Position numbers and translations under genes: made by a program. A DNA stretch of 62,397 nt, counting the filler, from Rhabdomonas costata (taxonomy: Eukaryota), in assembly GCA_019059605.1 (NCBI GenBank). It is 26 parts of 26 records of this genome, joined end to end, with 100 filler letters (N's around TTAATTAATTAA, not from the genome) between each part and the next. Parts side by side here need not be neighbours in the genome. Positions count along the whole stretch, not along the records: positions 1 to 2,303 come from JAHMHO010004149.1; positions 2,404 to 4,709 come from JAHMHO010004150.1; positions 4,810 to 7,115 come from JAHMHO010004151.1; positions 7,216 to 9,520 come from JAHMHO010004152.1; positions 9,621 to 11,921 come from JAHMHO010004153.1; 21 more parts are not named here. One strand, written 5' to 3'. Of this stretch, positions 1 through 11,851 are shown piece after piece (the first letter of the stretch is position 1; every line of letters begins with the position of its first letter). The notes beneath the pieces are model-generated. The model worked only from the letters and a program-made list of their open reading frames with translations. It had not been told where the DNA came from and did not search any database.

Positions 1-1306
1 GTTGGTGGGGTTGGGCAGCTGCAGCTGAAGCGCCACTACTTTGGGCTGTGGCCTGAAGACCATTGTGGAGTTGACCAACCAAGGCACGGCCAAAAATCTA
101 TTGCATTCCCTGGAAGCCCTGGAAACCCTTACATCGCCTCCCAACCTCCTGCAAAAGGTTCTTACATATTTCCAGGAGATGCGTCCATCAACCCACTTCC
201 CTCTCAGGAAGGAGCCAATAAAAGCACTCAAAAAGCTCAAATAGGGTAGGCCCACCCTAGTGAGGAGTGGGATCCCGTGTGCGTATGCGTGGGTGGGGGC
301 GCTCTCATGGTGGTAGACAGGCGTTCTTCGAACACGTTAAGGGCAAGCAGGTCTGCGTTCTTTTGCTTGAACAAGCTGCCTACGTGGCTGGCGTGGTTCT
401 TGGGGCAAAGCCTGACCTAGCACCCTTTACGGCTCGTTCTTATTCCTTTGGGCCAGCTTCTTGCCCCACGCAGCGGTCAAGTCGCGGCCTCCTTAGCCAA
501 ACTCCTGAGTTCCACACACCCTTCCCCGGGAACTCTTCACCACCAACATTGTTCCGAAGAGTTCCAGGTGCTCCGTAGCAAAAAAGCGAAAAATAGCACA
601 GAGGCAAGAGCGCGCGGGAAAGGCGCGCGGTTAACACTGCAGCGGTTTATGAACAGGTACAGGGGGGGGGGGAAGCCGAACACATTTGGTTAATAACTGT
701 TCCGGGCCCTACAGATTCCTGCTTCAGCACCTAGGATCTTGGGCCGTGTATAGGAGCGGAGCGGACAGCTTGGACCTCAAAAAACGACGAAAAAAGTTCT
801 TCTGTTGGAGGAGGGCTGGCTGGCAAAGTTCTCCAACCCCCCGTGCTGCCCTGTCGGAGGAATTCACTCCCGCCCACCAAGCTCGTTTTTAATTGTTTAA
901 TCCCACCCTTTAAAACATCCCTAAGGCACTGAACGCAGCAAGAGGGCCGGGTCGTTTGTGCGAAGCAGAGTTGGTTAATTTTTAGGAGGTACTGGCAAGT
1001 TGTCTCGCCCAAGAAAGCAAACCAAAACACATTCGTTCTGACAACAAAATACAGCACCGGCAGCGACTTTACCAAAATTTTGGGGAGGGGGGGAGAACAT
1101 GGAACAAACAAGAAACATAAACAGGATGCAGTGTTGCAAATGAAGAGAACGGTCCAAAACGCTCGCACTGAAAAAGAAGAAAAAGAAGACGGTGAGCGGC
1201 AGACGGCAGAAGGGAACGCTAAAAAAACAGACCGCACCGACTGAGAGAGACGTTACTTAACGTCACTGAACCCCCAAAGTTGCAAAAACCGCCAACCGCT
1301 TTCACA

Positions 1307-1386
1307 ATGTCTGCTGCTTTCGACGGAGCTGTTGGTATTGACCTGGGGACCACCTACTCCTGCGTGGGAGTATGGCAGAACGAGAG
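1307..1386 (+). CDS. HSP70: Cytosolic Hsp70, first coding exon
   Basis: [27 protein letters not shown], then GT donor at 1387; Hsp70 signature [11 protein letters not shown]; next exon not in contig. Confidence 0.95.
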
Positions 1387-2303
1387 GTATTCCAATCCGT
1401 TTTCCTCCTCCCGGCGAAGCAGAGTTATTAATGCTGGTTGAATACTATCGAACTCAAAAGGTTGCTCCCACAAAAGCAAACTACAACAGAGTGGAAAATG
1501 TGCCACATCTCCTCGGAAGGCAATGGTCCATTCCGTGTTATCAAAGACACTAGTCCGCTGGTTGTAATTACAAGTTTTATCCCTCCTGGGGGTAGTTTGT
1601 GTCCAGTTCCCCAGTTCGCAGTTTGTGGCATTCGCCATACCCTCAAGTTTGACACTTGTTTGGGACATCTCTGGAGCTTTTTAACGTCTGCATCCCTGTA
1701 CTTATGTTTGCCATCTGTATATCTGACATTATGTTGCGTGTGTTTTGACTCCTCTCCCTTCTCCATATGTTCTCGTGAATACCCCGGGGCCGGTTGGGGC
1801 TACTCCAAGAAGGTCCACCCTGCGCTGTGGGGTCGGCGGGTGTTGGCCGTCAGCTCAGCCTTGGGCCTAGGGCCGGCTCTCCCAAACTTCGTCCAAACGC
1901 AGAACACAACTTTCACATCTCAACCTGGCCAAAAGTGAGGGTGAAGGGTGGGAGTTTCGTTTGTTGCGTTTTCATTTCGAGCGGTAACAACCTTTCGAAA
2001 ATGATGCAAGTCTGGAATTACCGTCTGACTTAACTGAAGTGTCCTTCACCCTGACTTCACTGTGCAACCGGAGTTTTCACTTTCCCCTCGGGGTGTTTTT
2101 GACGCCCCCTCCCACTCTTTTGCCTCAACAAGAAGAGGTGAGTCCCTGTAAACACGTTGAACCCTCCCTTAAGCAGACTTGTTTCAAGGTAGCCCTTTGA
2201 TTTTGGGAGGAACCCGAGCACTAACTGACCTCCATTGGCTTTTTTGCTCTTGGGAGGAAGACCGTGCTCGGAGAAGGGAGTGTTCAGGTGATCCCCCAAC
2301 AAC

Positions 2304-2403
2304 NNNNNNNNNNNNNNNNNNNNNNNNNNNNNNNNNNNNNNNNNNNNTTAATTAATTAANNNNNNNNNNNNNNNNNNNNNNNNNNNNNNNNNNNNNNNNN
2401 NNN
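2304..2403. other. Artificial contig spacer (44 N + TTAATTAATTAA + 44 N); first of 25, others start at 4710, 7116, 9521, 11922, 14328, 16731, 19136, 21540, 23944, 26349, 28754, 31158, 33562, 35966, 38378, 40781, 43178, 45580, 47983, 50387, 52790, 55193, 57596, 59999
   Basis: Identical 100-nt block with stop codons in all six frames every ~2.4 kb; genes are cut at each block. Confidence 0.99.
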
Positions 2404-2747
2404 GGTGGGGGTGAAGTGAGCAATGAGCATGCGTGAAGAGGGGAAGTCACCAAGTACAGTTGGGAAGGAACAAAAATCAGAGCGCCATACATTGTTGTGA
2501 AAACGGAGTACAAGGGACACTCAGGGACCAAAGAGGTTCACTTTGTCCCTGATGGTCCTTGGTGGTCCTCGGTTTTGCTGAACAGCTCGAGAAAATACCG
2601 GGCAATCCAAAATGATCCAAACGACCCCAAAATATCTCCGCAACACACACACACACACATACAAACCAAAAATCCACCCAACATGCACCCACGCTGAAGC
2701 CATAGCAGTGTGACAGAGATTGACGCAAGGGTACACAAGAGACAAAC

Positions 2748-4476
2748 CCGGTTCAGGTCTTGGCCATCGGTATTCTCAAGGGCGTGCTCGAACACTTCCA
2801 CCTTTTGGATCAACGTCAGATGGTCGAAGTCCGACGTCAACTGGGAAAAAGCAACGTGTCATTCTTGCATCACTGCTTATGCAAGAGCGCTTTTTTCCAT
2901 TTCTTCACAATGCAAAACTCTATACTCTATTCCCAAAGCCATGGCAAAGCCGAGCAAACTTGCGCTGTTTCTGCCTCAGCAAATGTCTCTGTTTTGTCAT
3001 TCCAGTTCGTCAGGCAACTTTTAGGTCTTTTGCCTGGGTAACTCCTGGCTGCCTGATCCAAAATGCCCCCTTTAGGCGCGGGCTCCATTCCAATTGCAGC
3101 ACCCACACACCCACACGCACCTGCGTCATAATGACGTGCTCAGAGTTGATCTTGATCTTGTGACTCTCTCGGTACTCCTTGATTAGGCTGTGGAAGGTCT
3201 CGGCGTGATCCAGCCACCCAATCAGCCCGGCATTGCCGCTGAGCGGAATCACGGGATACTTCTCAATGCTCAAGTCGGTGTAGCTCGTCTCGCGGTCGTT
3301 GGCCAGCAGGGTGTTGACCAGCCCGAACAGCTGCATCACTGCATTTCCACAACGCGCTCGATTCACCGGGTTTCCAGAAAATGAATGCATTTCCACACTT
3401 GTTGGGAAGCCAGCACCTGTTGGGAACCTTAGGTCAACTCTTCCCCACTTGCCCTTTCTCTACCCCCGGCTTTCATTGCTTCTGCCGCACCACACTGGCA
3501 GTGGTATGCTAGGCTTTGCGGCTTTCGACACTTCCCTTTCCACCAGACCTGCTGTTATAGAGCAACTCACTGCTGGGGACCAAGCTCTCTTCTCTTTGCT
3601 GGACTAAGGGCTGGGACAGGGCTGATACAGGATACGGGACACGCGTCATAAAAATACGTGAAATTATTGCTACAAAACTAACTGTGGGAATGCCAGTTGA
3701 GAGTTGAGAAAGAGTGCTGACCTCGCTCGTCCTGACGCAGATCTTCGTGGCCCTTGAGCAAAAACTTGTAGTCAATGCCATCAGATCCTGTGATGGTCAG
3801 CCTTCGCGGCCGCTGCTTCGACATGATGACCTGAGAGAGAGAAAAGCGTAGGGCGGGGGTTACCAAGTCGCTTGGTGGTCGCTTGACACACACAGCTGTT
3901 TGTGTTTGAGAGAGAGATGTTATATATGTTATACAATATGTGTACACATGTGTTGTACTATATTTGTATATGTGTTATACTATTGCAGTGTGCATTCTGT
4001 CACGACAGCCCTCTCTTCTGAGAGTTCAGTTCACTGCAAGACCAGGCAAATCCCGCAATGGTTAGGGGTTCCTGTTGCTTGTTTTAGTGTCAATTCCACT
4101 TCCCGACTTCAGCACCGTGTTTGGGTTTCTTGAATTTCACCGCAATTCAGGTTACCAGGAACTAACAAATGGAACTAACAGCTCCCCATAAGCATGACTA
4201 CCTCGTGTTTTAACTTCCACTTTCCACACCCACCCCCACCCGTCAACAAAAGGACCACCCTTGCCGACCTTCAGTGTCTTCGCGAACGCTTTGATGGTCA
4301 CCAGGGGCTTGTGGGGGTGGTACTGCCCCGGGATGCACAGCTCGAGGTCTGCGGCACGGTCCAGCGCGGGGCTGACAAACTGCAGCCCCAGGCTCTGCAT
4401 CTGCTGCAGTTGCTTGCTGATTCTCCGGAAGACGTGGTAGTACAGGTCCCACGCCTGGTTGATGTCCGGCTGGTTC
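2748..4476 (-). CDS. TOR: TOR kinase, FRB end plus kinase domain; exons 4476-4269, 3830-3722, 3338-3121, 2840-2748
   Basis: [17 protein letters not shown]...SKQRPRRL...[26 protein letters not shown]...[20 protein letters not shown]; three phase-compatible GT-AG introns. Confidence 0.97.
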
Positions 4477-5458
4477 CTACGCACACCCGCGGTACATTCC
4501 CCCTCCCCCTACCTGGTGCATATACATGCACGCGGAGGAGTTAGGGTTTGTATGGGCAAGGGAGAATATGGATTCGGATTCTCCCTTGCCCATACAAACA
4601 CTGACTCATCACCACCAAACACACCAACCAACCCAAAAGGAAGCGAGGAAGCCAGGAAGCGGGCCAACTGAGCACACCGGCTAGAGCTAAAGGCATTGCA
4701 GCAGGCCTGNNNNNNNNNNNNNNNNNNNNNNNNNNNNNNNNNNNNNNNNNNNNTTAATTAATTAANNNNNNNNNNNNNNNNNNNNNNNNNNNNNNNNNNN
4801 NNNNNNNNNGTTGGGGACGGTACCCCCGCAATTTACACGGGTTAGAGAGCCATGCACGGGGGGAGTGCAAAAGGAAAGCTATGCCCGTTTTTCTAATGAA
4901 CAGATAGATTTGAGTGAATGCTCAATGTTGTTGGCTTGCAACCAAGTTGGGCTCGAGGAATATCGGATAAATCGTGATTGGGGCCCCTCCGTGGTGTATT
5001 TTGCCAGACCTGATTTTTGCTGTCGACGACCCTGTGCAGTGGCACACGGACAACCTGCAGCGTCATTCCGGCCACTACTCTATGCTGCGACATTTTGGTG
5101 TCTGATTTGTGTTTTTCCTCGAAAAAAGATGTTCCCTGCACAACAACTCCTATTTCACCCAAAACCTGCTTCGTTAAAGATGCGTCTGAAAGTGCCGTTG
5201 TTCCTCAGCGCCAGTACGGTGTTGTGTGTTATCTCACAAGATCCCTTTTTTACCCAGCTTGCTCTGCAATGGCGAAAGTGAATGAATACTGCTCGATACC
5301 TTCAATCCCGTTTGAGCTAAGGACAGTAGTCACATGCAATGGGTGGCCTGCGAATTCTCCAAGTGCCTCCAGAACCACAGACAGACGCACAGACTTTCAG
5401 TTGTCAGAGCCAAGTACCGCTGGCGTCAGTCTTCGGGTGATCGAGTGTCTGGTTGCAG

Positions 5459-6189
5459 GTCCCGGAGCCATCGCCACGGTGCAGAGCTGGGGCGGCGGGA
5501 TGTACTTCAACCCCGACGTCACGATAGAGGGCAAAACGTACAAGTACGGAGTTATTTCTGTTGGTACGCTGCTGGACTGTCTCTGGCTCATTTGCGCTCT
5601 GTTTTGAACAGCTGCAAGTACGCCACATTGATCAAGGTGCATTGCTTACATTCAGTGTCATTCAATACGAGGCACAGTCTGTGGAATAATTCAGCTTCTT
5701 TCCGCGTCATCTCGCCTGATCCCGTTTCCCCACGCATGCCAGCAAGCCTGCTGTAAACTGTCTATTTTTGCCGTATGGATGAGAGTTACTTCTCCTCCAT
5801 GGTCGATTTGTCCTTGTTGATCGATTTCGCGCATTGGGAATTGTTGTATTAAGGTTGGCCCCCGTTTCTTGTTTTCAACGCTAGCTCTGAAACGATGGTG
5901 TGCACTTTCGGACCCAACTGCCCCTTGTGTTTCACATGCGTTCATCCTATGGCAACATCAAGCAGTGCTGCAGATGTGCCTTCAGAAATATCAAATAACG
6001 CGGTGACATCCATGAATTCATTCTTCTTTTTTCGGGTCTTCAGTGGATTTTCTGGAAGACCTCAACCGGTGGCCCTACATCTACGTCTGCGGGAGGCTAC
6101 AGAAGCCTGTGCTTCTCCTGCAGTACCCCAGTGATGTCAAAGGGGTGCCCATTAGTCGGGCAATGCGGCGAAACCTCCGCAATGCATTG
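5459..6189 (+). CDS. TAM41: Mitochondrial phosphatidate cytidylyltransferase Tam41; exons 5459-5563, 6044-6189
   Basis: WGGGMYFNPDVTIEGKTYKYGVISV/VDFLEDLNRWPYIYVCGRLQKPV...NLRNAL matches Tam41 motifs G.YFNP, KYGV, GRLQKPV; GT-AG intron. Confidence 0.9.
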
Positions 6190-7017
6190 GTTTGCACAAA
6201 AACCTTTCTAATAAGCTGCCCTTCTGTTATGTCTGAAATAAGCTACCCCGAGAATTTCAGCAACCTTCCCGGGGACTGTTTTTTGGAATGCCAGAAGCGT
6301 TGAGAAGCCCGGTGAGACGAAATACACATATTGAAAGTTGGAAATCTTCTGAAATAAAGGGTGAAATAAAGGAATGAAGACTGCTTAGAGAGCAAAGTCA
6401 TGGTACCCAAAACAAGGAGGTCTTCTGCTCTGACGATGGTTCGATTGTGTTATCCCTTTCTTCCTTTCCGTGATAGCGGGAATCGTGCACACGAACAAGG
6501 GTAAAAGGCTAGTGGGAAAAAAACGCTGCGCCCGCCCGAGAGGAAGGATTTTATTAACCAACATTAGGAACTGTAGTTATAATGCAAAAGGGTTCTACGG
6601 GCGAGGGATCGGTTTCGCCGCATCAACATCAACTGTTTTCACCATCCCATGGGGTGTCCTGAGGGTGGGTGGGTATGTTCCTAAGTCTTACAAAAGGGTG
6701 GAGAAATGAATTGTCAAGTGCAAAATGGTGGATAGACATGAGATGGGCATGACATTACGTCTCTTTTGTGAGAATTCCAGAACGGAACAGGTGGCGATTG
6801 TTTAATAATCTGGAAGTCGAAGGACGTCGAAGAAATTCATGGTGACTGGTTGCATGGAGCAAACCTTGTCCTTCAGTGGCGCGGTGTTAGGCAGCGCCCT
6901 GCGGCTTTCTTTGTTTAACAGGCTAACCAAAAAAATCGTGTTTTTTTTAATATAAAACGAAGTATACTTCGAGTCCAGCTCGGAAATGGTGACCTATCCC
7001 CCCCATTTTTGGGGTCA

Positions 7018-7109
7018 GGGGACACGGAAAACACGTTTGAAGCTTCGAATCGACTCCTTTGACGCTCAAATGGACGATCCGAAGCTTCAAACGTGTTTTC
7101 CGTGTCCCC
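7018..7109. repeat. Long hairpin with ~30-bp perfect arms
   Basis: GGGGACACGGAAAACACGTTTGAAGCTTCG ... CGAAGCTTCAAACGTGTTTTCCGTGTCCCC. Confidence 0.93.
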
Positions 7110-7876
7110 ACACACNNNNNNNNNNNNNNNNNNNNNNNNNNNNNNNNNNNNNNNNNNNNTTAATTAATTAANNNNNNNNNNNNNNNNNNNNNNNNNNNNN
7201 NNNNNNNNNNNNNNNCCTCGCAACAAGACGCTGAACTTTACGCAGTTTTTCACGGCCTGCGCCAGGCCGCACTCCACCACCTAACCTTTGTTTGCGTCTT
7301 CACCGATAACTACGCCGTCTTTCACACACTTTCGAACCTTCGCGTGTCTTCATCCAATCCCAACCGCGCTCGCAATCTCCGTCGAATTACCAACCATTTG
7401 TTTGCTGTTGGCCATCGGACTCATTATGTAACGGAAAGGTATGCAATTTTTTGTTGGTGCGGGTTCGTCGGAAAATTGTTGTTGTAAGCGCAATATGGAA
7501 CGTATTGTAATTGGTTTCTCAGTAACTGTATTTTCTCTGCGTTGTATTTTCACATTTTGCTAATTTGAGTAAATATGGCTTTGAATCGTCACAAAAAAGC
7601 AAAACAATTGAGGGATAAACTGAAGCAGGCCTGGAGTCGTCACATTGGGTAGGATTTCACGCCGAGTGTTGTTGGTGTTGCAGCATGGCGGCATTTCTGG
7701 ATTTTTTCAGCGATCTCGCACCGTCCTAAAATCCGCACCTTACCCGGCGACTTGCCCTAGAAAACTGCACCATCTGTGAAACCATGTGTGACCCTAAACG
7801 GAGTCTCTCTGCATACTCCTTGGGTCGATGTTGGGTGTCATCTTTCTGGCGAGTTTTTCTGTCTTTTTTGCTGCAG

Positions 7877-8925
7877 ACTACAAGCCCAAGGCCGGGCGTC
7901 GCCGTGTTGCCGAAAACGAGAACGACGGCGAGGTGGCAGTTTTACGCTTTGTGCCAATCTTGTTTTCTTCATGATTTTCTTCGTGCGCCCACCAGCCCAC
8001 CCAACCACAGGGTCAGCAGCCTGCCACTCGAAAAGGGTGGGGAGACGACGACGGTGGTGGAGGCGGCGGCGGATCCTTCCAAATCCCTCCCCCCGCGCCC
8101 GCTATGACAGAGTCTGCTGATGTGCAAGGGTGTTTCCAACCCCTCCCCCCTTTTTTGTTCCGTTAACTTCGGACGTTTTTTTGGCATGCTTTTGTGTGTG
8201 TGCGTGCTTTTGTGCTTTTGTGTGCCTTGCGCTGATATCGGTTGTGATTTCAGTGCTAACTACGGAGAAGATGAGGATGGGGAGCCAGAGGTATGTATTT
8301 CCTCGTTTCCTCCTTTGGGTGAGGACATTCTTTGTGGCATAGGGTGAGACGTTGGTTGGTGGTGAGCCTGGTCAGCTCGCCAGAACTTGCAGTTTCCAGT
8401 GAATTCCGAACTCATTTTTTGTGCATTCAAATCGACAAGAAATTTTCTTCCTGCCACAGATGTCGAAGCCAACGAAACCTGCGGCTGACGAGGTACCCAC
8501 CTTTTTAATTGCTTTGCTGTTTGAGTTAACTATGCCCTTCTATGCCCTGTGCCCTTGTGCGTTTGATCCATCGAGAAATAGGAGTTCCTTTTCCACAGGA
8601 GGGCTGCCGTCTAGGCAGGCGCTGCTGTGATTACTTAAGGAAAAGTCTTAAATTTACAGCAAAGGCAGAAACTTGGTGCGTGAAGAATGGAAAATCGGTG
8701 ACTGCGAGTGGTCGTGCAGTATGGGTTCTTGGTTTTTGTGAATGTGAGAACGGCGCCACTATTTCGAACGGCCCTGTTTTGCAGTCTGCTATCCCCGAGC
8801 TTGAGAACCAGGAGGACGAGGATATCACCCGGGACATCGCGGAGGCGCCGCGGCACGAGGTCAGCAAGGTTCCACAACTCGCCGACCTGGAGAAGGACAC
8901 GCCCTTTGTGATGCACACCATGAGG
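7877..8925 (+). CDS. IFT43: Intraflagellar transport protein IFT43; exons 7877-7932, 8011-8111, 8254-8290, 8460-8492, 8785-8925 (first exon unresolved)
   Basis: YKPKAGRRR...RKGWGDD...IPELENQEDEDITRDIAEAPRHEVSKVPQLADLEKD fits the IFT43 IP.L...EED....A..P motif; four phase-compatible GT-AG introns. Confidence 0.8.
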
Positions 8926-9219
8926 GTGTTCTTTCCTTGCCCTAGCCGAGTGAATTGGCAGAAAGGGGCGCACAGAGCGCATAACGTGGAAAAATTTCCG
9001 CTGCTCTTCTTCTTCTCAATACTTCCGCATCGACGGCAAAACGCCAATTTCAGATCATTTTTTCGTTCCCCCTGGGCTTGTTTCGCTCTGCAGTGACTCT
9101 CGTGCGCGACCTGTTCCGAATTTCGGCTCTTTTCAGCAGCTTTGCGTCTCTGTCCTGTGTCTAAGGCCAGAAGAATTTTCCCGCCACTCTTCTTGGTTGG
9201 TATTCAACCGCCGTGAGGG

Positions 9220-9433
9220 TATTAATGATGGATCAGCTGAATAATGGATCATTATTTTCAGTACAAATAATGGAACAAGGGATCAGTGTCGGTTGATCGC
9301 TTGGTTGATTATCCATTTTTCCCCATCAAAGTTACTTTCATTGGTCTCCTTTAGCCTTTTACCATGATCAGCCCTGTTTCATCTGAAAAAAAACCGGAGC
9401 TAATCCATTTTCCGTCCCGATCCATTATTAATA
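9220..9433. mobile_element. MITE-like element, ~15-bp terminal inverted repeats, TA at both ends
   Basis: TATTAATGATGGATC ... GATCCATTATTAATA (1 mismatch); internal AATAATGGA / TCCATT subrepeats. Confidence 0.65.
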
Positions 9434-9620
9434 TTTACTGCGTGTGCGCAACTTTTCATGTTTGTTAGGCATTGTCTGTTGTTCATTTGGTCAGGATGAG
9501 GTTGATTTGAGCTTGCTGCTNNNNNNNNNNNNNNNNNNNNNNNNNNNNNNNNNNNNNNNNNNNNTTAATTAATTAANNNNNNNNNNNNNNNNNNNNNNNN
9601 NNNNNNNNNNNNNNNNNNNN

Positions 9621-10260
9621 GGGTTGGTGCCAACCAGCAAGTCCGGGCGGCCACGGCGGTGCTGCGCTCGGTAGAGCTACTGCAGCGCCCCGAGGGCCCT
9701 CTGCCGAAGGGGGTTGTGCTGCAGGCCGCGCTGAGCTCGGGGAAGATGCTGACCGGGAATGTTGGGCTGCAGCAACGGATGCCACTATTCCACGGCACGG
9801 CGCAGGTTTTCAGGGGTGACAGGGCACTCACATGGTTCGCTATTTTGGTAGGATGCCTGGTGATGGTGGTCTCGAATTTTTTGGTGTCTGCAACTGAGCT
9901 GTTGCGACGCCGTGCCGTGATTTCGTCGTGGTCTCGAATGAAAAATCAGAGGCATGGTTTTTGTCTTCTGACAACGCTGGTGAAGGACCAGTTCGATCGA
10001 GGGGGGTGACTCCCGTCCGTCTATTCCAAAGGCCTCTAGTCGTCGTTCGAACTAAAGCTGATTGCCAAATCTGGTTTAACGGCAGAAAAGTATAGGCAGG
10101 AAAGTATGTTCAAGATCAAAGATGCCAGCGGTTGGAATCACCCTGAGAAACTCCTGTCGGAATTTGCGCGCCATTCTCCTTCTTTTGGAATTCTATTTGC
10201 CCCGTCCCTTTGTGTTTGTGTTGAATATGACCAAACCTACGTTGTGTGACCGACGGCCAA

Positions 10261-10296
<36 letters not shown>

Positions 10297-10374
10297 GTGA
10301 AAGTCCACCAGCTGCTATCTTTGTGCGAGGTGATCGGCGGACGAGTCCTGGCCGATGCTGACGTGGGAGCACAG
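9621..10374 (+). CDS. Class III nucleotidyl cyclase-like domain, degenerate; exons 9621-9805, 10297-10374
   Basis: RAATAVL...AALSSGKMLTGNVGLQQRMPLFHGTAQ/VKVHQLLSLCEVIGGRVLADADV follows the cyclase pattern G...GNVG...G..V...RL.....G..IL; GT-AG intron. Confidence 0.65.
10264..10294 (+). repeat. (CT)n microsatellite acting as polypyrimidine tract
   Basis: Directly precedes AG acceptor at 10295-10296. Confidence 0.9.
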
Positions 10375-10882
10375 GTGGAAAGGATTTATGGAACACTGGG
10401 CTCTCTCTGTTCTTCGTGCACGCCGCTTTCCATTGGTGAATGATGCCGGAAATTGTCAATCGCAGCAGCACACACTCACACACGGGACTGAACGTCACAC
10501 ACTTTCATCAGGGATCAGGGAGTCGGTATGAAAGCCTTGCGGGGGTAAGAGTCGCCGCATTTGGACCCCTCTGTGCCTCAACACACCAGTGCCTCCACAC
10601 AGACTTAATCAGTTTGATGCGGTGCAATGGAGCCTCTCAGTCTTCCCAGTGCTCCCAATCCAACTGGCCGTCAGCGAACCTTTAGCAAACTCCTGACACA
10701 TACACAGGCAACTCGAAAACACAAAGGGCAAGGGAATGCAAAAGCGCCGGCATCGCTCCCCGTTCTCCTCACTCCGTGCAGGTGTGTGTGTGTGTGTGTG
10801 CTCGGTGTTTAGGACCAGGAAGCCCTGGGTTCCTTTAGGGGATCGCCGAAGCGTGTATCCCGGAACCCGGAGGCAGCCGGCG

Positions 10883-11851
10883 CTAGGTGAGAACACCGGG
10901 GAGCGCAGGGCCCACGTGCGAGGGAGGACCGCTCACCGTCTCCTGGAGGAAGAGGAGGAGCACCGGAGTTGAGAGCCGCCTTCGCCGCTTGGAGGCGTTG
11001 GACACGAGCGTCACGAGAGCCGTCCGGGGGTCGGGTGATGGGTGTGGGCCTCTTTCGCTTGACCCCCTGATGGGGAGGAGGTGAGCCCGAGGTCGCTTGG
11101 GCAAGGGTCCTGCCGCAGCCACTGCGACTGCGCGGGAACGCTGCACTAGGGAGAGGAGGTGGTTCTTCCAGGAGGACAGGAAGGGCTCCCCCACCGCGGT
11201 GTCGATTCGGAGCGACCACCTGCGGAGCTTGTTGTAGGGCACACCCGGGGAGAGCTGCGAGTGGATCACCCTCGACATCACCCAGTGGGAGAGCTCCGAG
11301 TCGGCCGCCACCGCGTCCAGCAGGTTCTTCGTGAAGGAAGAGAGCCGCTGCTTGAGGTCCGCCACCCGCGAAGGAAAAAGGCGGCCGTGATCGGCCTCCC
11401 ACAGAAGCAGGAGGGCGACGGAGGATTCCCCGCGTTCCACTGGGGCCTCATGTAGGTGGAGGTGCCGCTTCAGCCACAGGTGCAGATGAGCAGCAGCGTC
11501 ACGAGTTGCCCCAAAAGCGGCCTTGTAAGTGCGACGTGCAACCATGGTCGGAGTCACCCGAGGACCAGGAGCAGCGCGCTCCGCTTGACGAAGATCATCC
11601 ACTGTGAGCTGCCGGGAGGCGTCGACCACAAAGGACCGGGAAGGCGAGGGCATAGGACAGGAAGCAGGTCCTCCAGGTGATGGGGTTCGGTTGGCTTCAA
11701 TCACTAGCAGCCCCCGCCGCCGCATAACCTCTGCAAGGCGTGACACCAGACCAAGATGGAAGTACCGAAGAAGTTGGGGGGTCAGCCAGTCCAAGTCCGC
11801 GGGAATAAACGACAGCAGTGAGCGGGGAAGGAGCCCCACAGATAGTTGCAA
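10883..11851 (-). CDS. Intronless 322-aa ORF of unknown function, probably mobile-element derived
   Basis: Longest ORF in window; antisense to the cyclase-like gene; (CA)n tract ~80 nt after its stop. Confidence 0.4.
   Translation of the reverse strand: MQLSVGLLPRSLLSFIPADLDWLTPQLLRYFHLGLVSRLAEVMRRRGLLVIEANRTPSPGGPASCPMPSPSRSFVVDASRQLTVDDLRQAERAAPGPRVTPTMVARRTYKAAFGATRDAAAHLHLWLKRHLHLHEAPVERGESSVALLLLWEADHGRLFPSRVADLKQRLSSFTKNLLDAVAADSELSHWVMSRVIHSQLSPGVPYNKLRRWSLRIDTAVGEPFLSSWKNHLLSLVQRSRAVAVAAAGPLPKRPRAHLLPIRGSSERGPHPSPDPRTALVTLVSNASKRRRRLSTPVLLLFLQETVSGPPSHVGPALPGVLT

Noticed and set aside
41..900. Short ORFs upstream of Hsp70 and most other short six-frame ORFs
   Set aside because: No recognisable motifs; largely shadows of real exons or intron read-through
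2304..2403. Regularly spaced TTAATTAATTAA as a CRISPR-like or biological repeat
   Set aside because: Embedded in N runs of fixed length; a contig-joining linker
2693..2709. In-frame LLWLQ after the TOR exon, mimicking the next conserved motif (possible non-canonical micro-intron)
   Set aside because: Following conserved residues are absent and there is no acceptor; the true exon probably lies beyond the contig end
3955..3970. TGTACTATATTTGTAT resembling the kinetoplastid spliced-leader 3' end
   Set aside because: Lies in TA/TG low-complexity TOR intron sequence; the rest of the leader is absent
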